64,000 nucleotides of DNA from positions 2,368,001 through 2,432,000 of the forward strand of contig OZ242374.1 in the NCBI GenBank assembly GCA_965209055.1, in the 5' to 3' direction. The translations under genes and the position numbers were made by a program. The DNA comes from Acidobacteriota bacterium (GTDB lineage Bacteria > Acidobacteriota > UBA6911 > RPQK01 > JAJDTT01). The notes beneath the pieces were generated by a model that did not search any database, was not told the origin of the DNA, and saw only the letters and a program-made list of their open reading frames with translations. Each line of letters begins with the position of its first letter. The first letter of the stretch is position 1. This document shows positions 28,774 through 38,801 of this stretch, piece after piece.

Positions 28774-31203
28774 ATGGACGATCATCCCGAGTCCGAGATC
28801 AAGTCGGAAGAATTCCAGCAGCCGCCCGGAGAGGGGGCCGGCACGGAGCACGGGGACGGCGAGGGACTGGTCCTGGTCTCGGAGCTCCTGCCCGAAGAGA
28901 TCCCCATCTTTCCCATGGCGGTCCGTCCCTTCTTCCCCGGCCTGCCGGTCCCCATGGAGTTGGGAGGCGACCAGTTGCGGCTGGTGGAGCATGCCATCGA
29001 AGCCTCGAACAAGACCTTGGGGCTGGTTCTGGTTCGCGATCCCGAAGGCAAGAGCTCTCCCGAGAATCTCCATCGAATGGGTGTGGCGGCCAAGATCGTC
29101 CAGGCGGGTCAGTCCGAGGACCACGAGGGGGCCCATCTGGTGATGAACTGCATCGAGCGTTTCGAGATCCGGGACGTCCGGTCGATCCCGGCCGGGATGG
29201 TGGCCCGGGTGGAATACCATCCGGCGCCGGGACTGTCGGTCAATCCGGAGCTCAAGGCCTACTCCATGGCCATCGTCGCCACGCTCAAGGAACTGATCAA
29301 GCTGAATCCCCTCCAGTCGGAAGCGATCCGCATGTTCCTGAGCCGCTCCACCCTGGACGACCCGGGCCGGCTGGCCGACTTCTCCGCCAGTCTGACCACG
29401 GCCAGCGGCCAGGAACTGCAGAAGATCCTGGAGACTCTGGACGTCCGCCGGCGCATTGACCGGACCCTGGTCCTGCTGCGGAAGGAACTGGACCTGACCC
29501 GCCTCCAGAACAAGATCACCAAGCAGATCGAGAAGAAGATCTCCAGCCAGCAGAGGGAGTTCTTCCTGCGGGAGGAATTGAAGGCCATCAAGAAGGAGCT
29601 GGGCCTGGAGAAGGAGGGGAAGGACACCGAGGTCGAGAAGTTCCAGCGCCGGTTGCGCCGGTTGCAGCTGAACGAGGAGGCGGAAGATGCCATCGAGGAC
29701 GAGATCCGGAAGTTTCAGGTGCTGGAGGCCGCCTCTCCCGAGTACGCGTTGACCCGAAACTACCTGGACTGGCTCACCATCCTCCCGTGGGGCCGGTTCA
29801 GCAAGGACTCGTTCAATCTGAAACGGGCCAGGCGGGTCCTGAACCGGGACCACTACGGCCTGGAGGACGTCAAGGAGAGGATCCTGGAGTTCGTGGCCGT
29901 GGGCCGGATGAAGGGCGGCATCACCGGCTCCATCATCTGCCTGGTGGGTCCGCCCGGTGTCGGGAAGACCTCCATCGGACGGAGCATCGCCGCGGCGCTC
30001 AACCGCAAGTTCTACCGTTTCTCCCTGGGGGGGATGCGGGACGAGGCGGAGATCAAGGGGCACCGCCGGACCTACATCGGGGCCCTTCCGGGGAAGTTCA
30101 TCCAGGCCATGAAGACGGCGGGCACCTCGAATCCGGTCATCATGCTGGACGAGATCGACAAGGTGGGCGCCTCCTTCCACGGCGACCCGGCGTCCGCGCT
30201 GCTGGAGGTCCTGGACCCGGAGCAGAACCAGTCCTTCCGGGACCACTACCTGGACGTGCCCTTCGATCTCTCCCACGTCCTTTTCGTGACCACCGCCAAC
30301 CAGATCGACACCATTCCCGGTCCTCTCCTGGATCGAATGGAGGTGATCCGCCTTTCAGGCTACATCCTGGAGGAGAAACTGGAGATCGCGCGGCGTTTTC
30401 TGATTCCCAAGAACCTGGAGCACCACGGTCTCAAGAAGGGGCAGCTCCGGATCCACAAGCTGGCTCTGGCCCGAATCATCGACCACTATGCCCGGGAAGC
30501 CGGAGTGCGCGGCCTCGAGAACCAGATCAAGAAGATCATGCGCCGGGCGGCCGTGACTCTCTCCGAGAATGGCGACGGACCCGTCGTGGTCCTGAAAAGG
30601 CACGTGGAGGCCTACCTGGGGCATCCCCTCTACGAGGGAGACGAGATCTTCGACTCGGCGCCCGGCGTCGTGACCGGACTGGCATGGACGAGCCGGGGCG
30701 GAGCAACGCTGCAGGTGGAGGCCAGCGCCGTCGCCGCCAAGTCCAAGGGGTTCAAGCAGACGGGTCAACTGGGCGACGTGATGGTGGAGAGCTCGGAATT
30801 GGCCTACTCCTACGTGAGGGCCAACGCGGCGGCGTACGGGAGCGAGGCCGGGTACTTCGACCGCCACTTCATCCATCTCCACGTCCCCGCGGGCGCCACT
30901 CCCAAGGACGGTCCCTCGGCCGGAATCACCATGGCCACGGCATTGATCTCCATGGCCACCGGCACGACGGTCCGCAAGGGCTTGGCCATGACGGGCGAGT
31001 TGACCTTGACCGGCCGGGTGCTGCCCATCGGCGGAGTCAAGGAGAAGGTCATCGCCGCTCGCCGGGCGGGTTGCAGGACGCTCGTCTTTCCCGAGGAGAA
31101 CGAGAAGGGCTTCCGGGACCTTCCCGACTATCTCAAGGAGGGCCTGGAGGTGCACTTCGCCCGGGAATACGAAGACGTGTTCCGGGTCGCGTTTCCGGTC
31201 TGA
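28774..31203 (+). CDS. lon: ATP-dependent Lon protease
   Basis: LON N-domain, DHYGL, GPPGVGKT, RRTYIGA, LDEIDK, PKDGPSAG (catalytic Ser) and IGGVKEK (catalytic Lys). Confidence 0.97.
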   Translation: MDDHPESEIKSEEFQQPPGEGAGTEHGDGEGLVLVSELLPEEIPIFPMAVRPFFPGLPVPMELGGDQLRLVEHAIEASNKTLGLVLVRDPEGKSSPENLHRMGVAAKIVQAGQSEDHEGAHLVMNCIERFEIRDVRSIPAGMVARVEYHPAPGLSVNPELKAYSMAIVATLKELIKLNPLQSEAIRMFLSRSTLDDPGRLADFSASLTTASGQELQKILETLDVRRRIDRTLVLLRKELDLTRLQNKITKQIEKKISSQQREFFLREELKAIKKELGLEKEGKDTEVEKFQRRLRRLQLNEEAEDAIEDEIRKFQVLEAASPEYALTRNYLDWLTILPWGRFSKDSFNLKRARRVLNRDHYGLEDVKERILEFVAVGRMKGGITGSIICLVGPPGVGKTSIGRSIAAALNRKFYRFSLGGMRDEAEIKGHRRTYIGALPGKFIQAMKTAGTSNPVIMLDEIDKVGASFHGDPASALLEVLDPEQNQSFRDHYLDVPFDLSHVLFVTTANQIDTIPGPLLDRMEVIRLSGYILEEKLEIARRFLIPKNLEHHGLKKGQLRIHKLALARIIDHYAREAGVRGLENQIKKIMRRAAVTLSENGDGPVVVLKRHVEAYLGHPLYEGDEIFDSAPGVVTGLAWTSRGGATLQVEASAVAAKSKGFKQTGQLGDVMVESSELAYSYVRANAAAYGSEAGYFDRHFIHLHVPAGATPKDGPSAGITMATALISMATGTTVRKGLAMTGELTLTGRVLPIGGVKEKVIAARRAGCRTLVFPEENEKGFRDLPDYLKEGLEVHFAREYEDVFRVAFPV

Positions 31204-31260
31204 TGTCGAAACCGTCGCGGCTGGCCTTTACGGTTCCCACGATCCTTGTTCTCGTAATTC

Positions 31261-32535
31261 TCATAGATCCCCTCTTGTCTCCAAGAACAGTCCATCGTAC
31301 AGAAACGCTCCACGGATCAGTTCGCAATCCCTTCCGGTGACACCGGCACGACGCATCGTCGCGTGCCATGCGGTGCGGATCACCGAGGAGACACGATCGA
31401 AAATGGCATTGGCTTCAGTGCGATCCAGCAGGAAGCTGCCGGCAACGCCAAGTAGATTTGTCCGGTTGGCCAGTCGGCCTGCAGGGCCGCAGACCATAGC
31501 CAGATCGCGGCGTTCGACCGAAACCACCGGCGACGGCGTCAGGTCGTAGGCGGGGCTGAGCCGCCAATCGCGGCCTCGGGCGAGCAATGCGTGATTGCGT
31601 GGGTGATCGTCGAGATTGGAGACTGCCGCATTGAAGCACATCCGCCCGAAGAGCTCCCGCAGATCTTCTCGGGGCCTTGCGCTCGTGCGCCGCAACTCAT
31701 CGGCAAGCAGGGGGTAAGACCAGCGACTGCGGTTGGTCAGGGCAGTGTCCGATTTCAAGAGAGTGAGGGCGCTGACCACGCGGTGGCGATGATACCCGTC
31801 GCCGGCCCATTCGCGGTCGAAGCGGCGTACGAGAAGCACGTCACGGTCGCCGATTCGCTCGACCCGGCTGTCGGCGGCGTTCAGACCGCATTTTCGCGCC
31901 AGTTGCAGCAACGCGTGCTCTACGAGGGGATGGTTCCATCGATCATCAGGTTGCCCGAACTTGGCTAGCCACAGCACGTGATCTGCTTCGACGACGACCT
32001 TGGGCCGCGCACCGCCCATGGAGGTTCCTCCGAGCAGGAGTTCATGCGCCTGGGATGCGAGGGAACCGCCGGGTCCGGGATTTCCGGACATCACCGCATC
32101 GGCGGCCGTTTGGAGCCGTCCCAGGTCGAGGGTGGCGTTGAACGTCCGGCGGGGCGAACGTGGCTCCAAGTCCTGGCCGAAACCGAGCGCACCGGCGCGG
32201 TCGTCCGGTCCTTCCGTCAGATAGTCGAATTCTTCGAGGCGGGCATGCCCGGAGTGTTTTTCCATGAGTAGGCGCCCCCAGTAATCCGGCATGGAATCGC
32301 GAATGGCGCCAAAGAAACCTTTCATGCGGCCGGTTTCGTACAGGCGGTCGGCAAGTCGAAGTTCGACGGGATCGAATTCCACGGCGTCAGGCCGCTCAAG
32401 GTAGCGGCGGCCGTAGACGAACTCACCGAGCGGGGAGCCTTGGCGCGTTTCGGAGACGCGGAAACGGCCGGCGGTCACGAACTCCGTCTCTCCCGGCAGG
32501 ACGATATAGACGTAACACTCGCGCTCAGAAGTCAT
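31261..32535 (-). CDS. hipA: HipA-family kinase toxin (N-terminal HipA domain plus kinase domain)
   Basis: Motifs PDYWGR, DRAGAL, TSMGGARPK, WLAKF, RRFDR, DDHPRNH and LSPAYD. Confidence 0.9.
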   Translation of the reverse strand: MTSERECYVYIVLPGETEFVTAGRFRVSETRQGSPLGEFVYGRRYLERPDAVEFDPVELRLADRLYETGRMKGFFGAIRDSMPDYWGRLLMEKHSGHARLEEFDYLTEGPDDRAGALGFGQDLEPRSPRRTFNATLDLGRLQTAADAVMSGNPGPGGSLASQAHELLLGGTSMGGARPKVVVEADHVLWLAKFGQPDDRWNHPLVEHALLQLARKCGLNAADSRVERIGDRDVLLVRRFDREWAGDGYHRHRVVSALTLLKSDTALTNRSRWSYPLLADELRRTSARPREDLRELFGRMCFNAAVSNLDDHPRNHALLARGRDWRLSPAYDLTPSPVVSVERRDLAMVCGPAGRLANRTNLLGVAGSFLLDRTEANAIFDRVSSVIRTAWHATMRRAGVTGRDCELIRGAFLYDGLFLETRGDL

Positions 32536-32866
32536 TATCAAGACGGCGGCGGCGGGAGGCTCGCCTTGGGCTCCTGGCGCTCTCCAGGACCTTGCCTTCC
32601 TCGTCGCGGTCAGGGTCGGCGAGGTTGTCTGCCTGGTTCAATAGACCCAACGCCCACAGCGCTCCGAAGTACGCGGCAGCCGAGGCGCCGGGCTTGCCTT
32701 TTTCGAGATCGGCAACCGTGAAGCGGGAGGCGCCGATGCGATCGGCCACGTCCTGGATGCGCAGTCTCCGTCGCAAACGGGCCGTGCGGAGATTGCGGCC
32801 GAGCTGCCTGAGCGCGTTTTCGACGGCGGCCGGTGGAGACTCAGTGATCCGGCTTCGGTTTCCCAT
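32525..32866 (-). CDS. XRE/HipB-like helix-turn-helix antitoxin
   Basis: LGRNLRTARLRRRL..DVADRIGASRFTVADLEKG helix-turn-helix. Overlaps the hipA start. Confidence 0.87.
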   Translation of the reverse strand: MGNRSRITESPPAAVENALRQLGRNLRTARLRRRLRIQDVADRIGASRFTVADLEKGKPGASAAAYFGALWALGLLNQADNLADPDRDEEGKVLESARSPRRASRRRRLDNDF

Positions 32867-32883
32867 GGTTCATTAAATAGACC

Positions 32884-32919
32884 TATGTCGACATATTGTG
32901 GAGTTAATTCAACATATTG
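32884..32919. promoter_or_regulatory. Candidate operator of the hipBA-like operon
   Basis: Palindrome TATGTCGACATA near 32884, plus ACATATTG repeated at 32891 and 32912 (21 bp apart), in AT-rich DNA just upstream of the antitoxin start. Confidence 0.45.
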
Positions 32920-33016
32920 GGTCGAGAGGGATGCGTCAAGCCGGGACTCAAAGGTCGCTGAAACGGAGGCTGAACGTACCGGGCGCGTCGCCAACTCCGG
33001 GCACGGTCGCGAGATT

Positions 33017-34471
33017 CTAGCGGAACCGAATGGAGTAGAGGTCCGCGTCCTTCATCACGAACCGCAGTTTCACGGGCTTTCCGGCGATCCGCCTCAGAGG
33101 GTTGTCCGAAGTCGTGGCGGCCAGGTCCCGTTCCCAGCGGACGGCGTACTCGATCTCGTCTCCCCAGATCAGGGGAGACTCCTCCAAGCCGAAGCTGGGA
33201 AGGGCCTGTCCCTGGGCGTCCTGGATCTCCACGTGAATGTTTCCGGCAGCCGAGGTGGCGAAGTTCAGCACCAGGTTGGAGCCTTCGAAGACCAGGGGCC
33301 TGGTCACGAACTCGCCGCCCCCATGACCCGCGTGCATGGAGACGAAACCGTCGGTGCGCAGCACCATCCGCTCCAGGTAGATGCTGGGGGCCTTGTAGTT
33401 GCGAAGCATGTAGAGGGAGAGTTCGTCGGGAGCGGTGGCCACCGTCCCCGCGGCCAGGAGGTTGTTCCGGTTGAGCCAGTCCCTGGGGTCCCGGCCAGGC
33501 CGGACGAATGCTTCCAGGAAACGGTGCCAGTGATAGCCGTCCCGGCTGGACATGAGCACCGCATCCGAAATACCCGGCCGGGGAGAGTCGGGGTAATGGT
33601 TGCGCCAGGGATGAAAACGCTTGGGGAACCCCAGGAAGATATGGGGAGCCCGGATGTACGGGGCCGTGCCGTTGGTGTAGAGATGCTCCAGCGGCGCGTT
33701 CCCGAAATCGCCCCATTCTCCGGGGGTCCAGTTCAGGAAATCGTCGGACTCGGCGATCTTGATGGTGCGGACGCCTTCGGTAAAGTCGCGGTAGATGGCC
33801 AGATAACGGCCCCGCACGTGATCCCAGACCGGGATGTTCAGGGAATCGAAGGCTCCGTCGCTGATGACCGGCTCTTCCTGCATCTTCTCCCAACGGAAAC
33901 CGTCCGCCGACTTGAGAGCCAGCAGGGGCCCGCCGCACAGGGCCTTGAAGCGTTCCGATTCCGGGACTCCCGGTTTGGGGTCGAGCATGGGGGCGAGGTT
34001 GTGAGTGCCCCTGCCGGTCCAGACGATGTTGTTGTCGCGGGAGCCGTTGAACTCGTGGATGCCGACGGAGGGGCGTTCCCAACGAATTCCGTCGGAACTC
34101 ACCAGGACACACCCGAACTCGGGATGTTTCGGGATCACTTCCTCACCCGCTTCCAGCATCGAAGGAGGCGTCGCCGTGGGGTCGCTGCTGCCCCGGTAAT
34201 ACATGAGATAGCGGTCGCCGTCCTGGAACACGGTCGTGTAGAAGCAGGTGTTGCCCTCCCAGGGCTTGTTGAGCTCCAGAAACTTGCCCGCCGAAACGGG
34301 AGCATGAAGGCGCTTCGTCAACCCCTTCGTCCGTTCGATCAGGAAGTCGTCGACGAACAGTTCCAGCCGGGACCCCAACTGCAATGGTTTGTGGCCCTCC
34401 GCCTCCAGCGGCGCTGTTGCGTTGCCGACGATCAGGCCGATCAGGGACAAGAGAGTGAAAACTCGCACCAC
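33017..34471 (-). CDS. Secreted glycoside-hydrolase-like beta-propeller protein, paralog 3
   Basis: GTG start with AAGGAGG RBS and a signal peptide. Shares LGSRLELFVD, KPWEG, MYYRGSS, FDSLN, HLYTNGT, ERMVLRTDGFVS and LRFVMKDADLYSIRF with 4445..5920. Confidence 0.72.
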   Translation of the reverse strand: MVRVFTLLSLIGLIVGNATAPLEAEGHKPLQLGSRLELFVDDFLIERTKGLTKRLHAPVSAGKFLELNKPWEGNTCFYTTVFQDGDRYLMYYRGSSDPTATPPSMLEAGEEVIPKHPEFGCVLVSSDGIRWERPSVGIHEFNGSRDNNIVWTGRGTHNLAPMLDPKPGVPESERFKALCGGPLLALKSADGFRWEKMQEEPVISDGAFDSLNIPVWDHVRGRYLAIYRDFTEGVRTIKIAESDDFLNWTPGEWGDFGNAPLEHLYTNGTAPYIRAPHIFLGFPKRFHPWRNHYPDSPRPGISDAVLMSSRDGYHWHRFLEAFVRPGRDPRDWLNRNNLLAAGTVATAPDELSLYMLRNYKAPSIYLERMVLRTDGFVSMHAGHGGGEFVTRPLVFEGSNLVLNFATSAAGNIHVEIQDAQGQALPSFGLEESPLIWGDEIEYAVRWERDLAATTSDNPLRRIAGKPVKLRFVMKDADLYSIRFR

Positions 34472-34541
34472 GTGGCACCTCCTTGGATCTTCCGGAGCAT
34501 AGCAAAGGGCCGGATTCCGGTAAATCGCGGTTGGAAAACCG

Positions 34542-35369
34542 TTAGCTGCGATTCGGAGAGTGCTGGTCCCGCCGCGTGGGAATTGGATTGGACTTCAGCT
34601 CCAGGGTCAGGTCGACCAGGCCCTGCACGGCCGCTTCCAGGAACTGCTCTCCCTTCTCCCGCGTCGCCAGCGTGGCGTCTCCCATGACCCCGCTGGCCGT
34701 GAGGGCGCTCCAATAAGGCATCAGATTGGCGGAGGCGCTGCCGGCGATGCCGCCCGACAGCAGGTCGAACCGAAAGCTCGACGACATGGGCGAGCGCTCG
34801 TCGACTGCCTTCTCCATCTGCACCAGCTCGGGCTTGAGCGCCAGATAGAGAGAGGTCTCGAACTCACCGGCGTGGGAAGTTCCGCCGAAGTCCGACTCCC
34901 TGATTTCCCGGCCCACTTCCTTGACCTTGCCCAGGCCCCAGTGATTCACCGAAGCGCAAAGGATGCGGCCTTCGTGCTCCAGGATGGTGAGCCGGGCCGC
35001 CAAGTCCAGGGGAGAGGTGTTGGATCCGTGGCCGTTGACGACGAGGATTCTCCGGAATCCGTGGTGAGCCAGGCTGCTGCAGACGTTCTTCACGTAGCGG
35101 ATGAAGACGTCCCAATCGATGGTCAGGGTCCCGTGAAAATCCATGTGGTGGGGGCTGTAGCCGTGGGTGACGGCGGGCGCCAAAACCGCCTCCTCGGGGA
35201 TTCTGGCCACGGCCCGCTCGCAGATCTCGGTGCAGAGTCGAACGTCCACGTCCACCGGGAGGTGGGGGCCATGGTCCTCATAGGTCGCCACCGGCAGGAC
35301 CGCAACCCGGTCGCAGTCGGCCGCTTCCTTGATCTCATACCAGATCATCTCGGCAAATCGATATTTCAT
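34542..35369 (-). CDS. Creatininase-family amidohydrolase
   Basis: AAGGAGG RBS before ATG 35369. Motifs YEDHGPHLPVDVD, NGHGSN and HAGEFETS. Confidence 0.9.
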   Translation of the reverse strand: MKYRFAEMIWYEIKEAADCDRVAVLPVATYEDHGPHLPVDVDVRLCTEICERAVARIPEEAVLAPAVTHGYSPHHMDFHGTLTIDWDVFIRYVKNVCSSLAHHGFRRILVVNGHGSNTSPLDLAARLTILEHEGRILCASVNHWGLGKVKEVGREIRESDFGGTSHAGEFETSLYLALKPELVQMEKAVDERSPMSSSFRFDLLSGGIAGSASANLMPYWSALTASGVMGDATLATREKGEQFLEAAVQGLVDLTLELKSNPIPTRRDQHSPNRS

Positions 35370-35491
35370 CTCGTCCTCCTTCCGATTCAGATGCCCAATA
35401 CCGGATTCCACCACCGGACAGGACTCGGTATCAAGAGTCGTTTCTTCACCGTCGTAGTAGACTGGGTGCGAACGAACAGTGGAGGATCCCC

Positions 35492-36541
35492 ATGACCAAC
35501 TCGAGCGCCCGGCTTCCGTTCTTCTCCTTGTTTCCCCTGGCCATGTTCGGATGCGCCTCGGAGGAGCGGGCCCCCCGGACCGAGCCTGGAATCGTCCAGG
35601 CCAGCGCACCCGCGCCGGCTGCGGCCGCGGATGTGAAACCTCTTCCCAACAAGACCCGGTCCGGACCCATCGTCTACACCAAGATCGGCATCGTCACCAT
35701 GGACGCCAAGCCCTGGGAATTGGAATACAACTACGGGCGCCTCGAGTCGTACGTCCGGGAGGCCGCCCGCAGGGGAGCGGAAGTGGTGGTGGCGCCCGAG
35801 GCGGTCCTGGACGGCTACGTCTGCTACGCCGCTCCCGACGTGACGCGGGAGCGGATGATGGAGGTGGCCCAGAGCGTGCCCGACGGGCCGTACATCGTGC
35901 GGGCGCGGCGGCTCTCCCGGGAGCTGGGAATCTACCTGGTCTTCGGGTTCCTGGAACGGTCGGGGCAGGAGATGTTCAACAGCCTGGTCATGACCGATCC
36001 CCAAGGGGAAATCCTGGCCAAATACAGCAAGGTCCACGTGGGGGGCGAGTCCTACATCACGCCGGGACGTGAGTTGAAGCCGTTCGATACGCCGCTGGGA
36101 CGAATCGGCTTCCTCATCTGCATGGACCGCACGGTTCCCGAGAACATCCGGACCCTGGGAGTCCAGGGAGTCGAAACGGTCTTTCTCCCCATGGACGGAG
36201 GGGGAGGACCCGAAAACACCAAGAGAATGGCCCGGTACGCCCGTGAGAACGGTTGCTGGATCATCATCGCCAACACCTGGAGCGCGGCCATCATCAGTCC
36301 CCGCGGCGACGTGCGCCTGGAGAAGTACGAGAACGAGATGGTGAGCATCGGCCGGGTGACCCCATGGGAGGTCCCCCGGGGACTGGACCGGGGCTCCATG
36401 ATCAAACGCCGGCCCGATCTGTACGGGCCCCTCCTGAAGTCGTGCGAACCGGTGCGCTGGTATGACGACGAGGGTTATCCCACGGCCTGGGCCGAGGCGC
36501 AGAGGGCCAAGCACCGCCAGGACATCAGCACCTCCAAGTAA
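35492..36541 (+). CDS. Carbon-nitrogen hydrolase (nitrilase superfamily), possible lipoprotein
   Basis: GGAGG RBS. Catalytic triad in APE, YSKVH and LICMD. The N-terminal hydrophobic stretch ends in a lipobox-like MFGC. Confidence 0.85.
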   Translation: MTNSSARLPFFSLFPLAMFGCASEERAPRTEPGIVQASAPAPAAAADVKPLPNKTRSGPIVYTKIGIVTMDAKPWELEYNYGRLESYVREAARRGAEVVVAPEAVLDGYVCYAAPDVTRERMMEVAQSVPDGPYIVRARRLSRELGIYLVFGFLERSGQEMFNSLVMTDPQGEILAKYSKVHVGGESYITPGRELKPFDTPLGRIGFLICMDRTVPENIRTLGVQGVETVFLPMDGGGGPENTKRMARYARENGCWIIIANTWSAAIISPRGDVRLEKYENEMVSIGRVTPWEVPRGLDRGSMIKRRPDLYGPLLKSCEPVRWYDDEGYPTAWAEAQRAKHRQDISTSK

Positions 36542-36545
36542 GCCG

Positions 36546-37952
36546 GTGCCGACTCCGTCCGCGAAAGATCACGAACCTTCCGCGCCGAGCCTGCGCCGGG
36601 CCCTGGGACCGGGCATGGCCCTGGCCATCGTGGTGGGAAACGTCATCGGTTCGGGAATCTTCCTGAAACCGGGAAGCATCGCCGCCGAAGCCGGTGACTT
36701 CCGCCTGATCCTGTCGGCCTGGCTTGTGGGCGGGGCCGTCTGTGTCCTGGGCGCCCTCTGCTTTTCGGAGCTGGCCGCCATGCTGCCCCGCGCCGGGGGC
36801 CTGTACGCCTTTCTCAAGGAGGCCTACGGAAAACCCGCCGGCTTCCTCTTCAGTTGGAACGAGTTTCTCTTCAACCGCCCCGCCAGCATCGGCGCCCTGT
36901 CGGTGGCCTTCGCGGGCGCTCTCGGCCTCACCATGGGCAGGACCCTGACTCAACTGGAGACCATCGTCCTTGCCCTGGGCCTCATCCTGCTTCTGACCTG
37001 GGTCAACATCCGGGGCGTCCTCTGGGGAGGATGGGTGCAGGGGGGCACGACTCTGGTCAAGGCCTCGTTCCTGGGCCTGGTGGCGCTGCTGCCGTTCCTC
37101 ATGACCCCGATCACCGAGACCGGGATCGACTGGGCCAACTACAGCTCCAGAGTGGAGCCCTCAGGCGACATGGCGGGTGGGACCCGCTTCGGCCTGGTGC
37201 TGCTCTCGGTCATGTGGGCCTACAACGGCTGGCACGGAATCACGCCGGTGGCCGAGGAGGTCCGGGACCCGGAACGCAACATTCCCAGGGCCATGATCGG
37301 CGGCGTCGGTGTGCTGATCGTGCTTTACGTCTCGGCCAATATCGCCTATCACGGGGTGCTCTCGATGGACGAGATGGCCGCGGCGGGACCCCACGCGGCC
37401 GAGACCATGGTGGCGGCCCTGCTGGGGCCGTTCGGTGCCGCGGCCATGGCGGCTGTCGTCATGTGCAGCACCTTCGGCGGGATCAACAGCAACCTGCTTC
37501 TGTCCACGCGGGTCCCGTTCGCCCTGGGCCGGGATCGCCTCCTGGCCCCCGTCTTGGGAACGGTCCACGCCGCCTACCGGACTCCCTTCGTCGCCATCAT
37601 CGTGCAGGCTGGTATGGCGTCGCTCCTGGTGATCGTCTCCGGCCTGCTCATCGAATTCCTGGGCTGGACGGGAGAGAAGACCATCTTCCAGATCCTCACC
37701 GACTTCATCATCTTCGCCAACAGTATCTTCTACGTCCTGGCTGCGGCCGCGCTCTTCGTCCTGCGCCGAAAGCGGCCCAACTGGAACCGGCCCTACCGAA
37801 CCTGGGGATATCCCGTCGTTCCGGTGCTCTATCTTTGCTTCTACTTCTGGTTCCTGACCCAGGTGTATCTGGGAAAGCCTTTCGAGGCCAGCGCGGGCGT
37901 CGTCCTCATCAGCACCGGGATTCCTGTCTACTGGATCTTGCGCCGCCGCTGA
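36546..37952 (+). CDS. APC-family amino acid permease
   Basis: Motifs VGNVIGSGIF, SELAAMLPRAGG, WAYNGW, AEEVRDP and RPYR, with about 12 hydrophobic segments. Start inferred at GTG 36546. Confidence 0.9.
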   Translation: MPTPSAKDHEPSAPSLRRALGPGMALAIVVGNVIGSGIFLKPGSIAAEAGDFRLILSAWLVGGAVCVLGALCFSELAAMLPRAGGLYAFLKEAYGKPAGFLFSWNEFLFNRPASIGALSVAFAGALGLTMGRTLTQLETIVLALGLILLLTWVNIRGVLWGGWVQGGTTLVKASFLGLVALLPFLMTPITETGIDWANYSSRVEPSGDMAGGTRFGLVLLSVMWAYNGWHGITPVAEEVRDPERNIPRAMIGGVGVLIVLYVSANIAYHGVLSMDEMAAAGPHAAETMVAALLGPFGAAAMAAVVMCSTFGGINSNLLLSTRVPFALGRDRLLAPVLGTVHAAYRTPFVAIIVQAGMASLLVIVSGLLIEFLGWTGEKTIFQILTDFIIFANSIFYVLAAAALFVLRRKRPNWNRPYRTWGYPVVPVLYLCFYFWFLTQVYLGKPFEASAGVVLISTGIPVYWILRRR

Positions 37953-37985
37953 TTTGAGCGGAATTCCCGTCAGCGTGGTGGCATG

Positions 37986-38801
37986 TCACGATTCGACCCA
38001 GTGACGAAAGAGGGGCTTCACGTTCTCCGGCAAGCTGTCGTAGACGTGCTGGGGCACGGGAACGACGACGTTGTCCATGATCCCGGTCTCGTCCACCATC
38101 CGGGTTCGTTCCACGGAGCCCGGCATCAGGATGTCGAGGTTCAACCACCAGGGAGCGAACCGCACGGCCATGCCCACTCGCGCCCTGTCGCTCACGTTGT
38201 GGGAGATGGCGTGCCAGAGCCGGCTGTCGAAAAGCAGGACGCTGCCCGCGTCGCCGGTGGCCCGGATCTCGCTGGGGAAGGTCGCCATGGGGTCGACCCC
38301 GATGTCGCCGGTGGGGTTGTTGGGGTGGCGGTGGCTGCCCGGCACGATGATGGTGGCTCCCGTCTCCTCGGTGAAGGGAGAGAGCATCCAGAGCGTGGTC
38401 AGGTGCTGCACCGCGTCGGGGTAGGGCGCTGGGATGTGCCCCGCGTTGAGTTGATTGAAGGGCCAGTCGGCGTGGAGCTTCCCCCTTTGGTTTCCCGGAT
38501 AGCTGATGTGGGCGGTGGTGAAGGAGATCCGGTAGTGGGGTCCGAAGAGGGACTCGGCCACCCCCAGGAGGCGCGGGTCGGCCAGGTAGGGCGCGAACGA
38601 CTGGTCGAAGGCCAGAAGTCCTTTTCGGCTGCCCAGTCCCTGGATGTCCTCTCCGGTCCCGTGATTGGCCACCGTCTGCTCCACGTGTCGGCAGATCCCT
38701 CCGACCCGGTCCGCGGGAATGACGTCCTCCAAGACGTAAAAGCCCTGCAGATCCAGGTGCATGAGCGCCTGCCGGACGATTTGTTCCGTCTCTTGTGTCA
38801 T
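37986..38801 (-). CDS. Phytanoyl-CoA dioxygenase (PhyH) family Fe(II)/2-oxoglutarate oxygenase
   Basis: LHADW (HxD), IVPGSH, FDSRLWH and a conserved Arg downstream. Start overlaps the upstream stop (ATGA). Confidence 0.88.
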   Translation of the reverse strand: MTQETEQIVRQALMHLDLQGFYVLEDVIPADRVGGICRHVEQTVANHGTGEDIQGLGSRKGLLAFDQSFAPYLADPRLLGVAESLFGPHYRISFTTAHISYPGNQRGKLHADWPFNQLNAGHIPAPYPDAVQHLTTLWMLSPFTEETGATIIVPGSHRHPNNPTGDIGVDPMATFPSEIRATGDAGSVLLFDSRLWHAISHNVSDRARVGMAVRFAPWWLNLDILMPGSVERTRMVDETGIMDNVVVPVPQHVYDSLPENVKPLFRHWVES

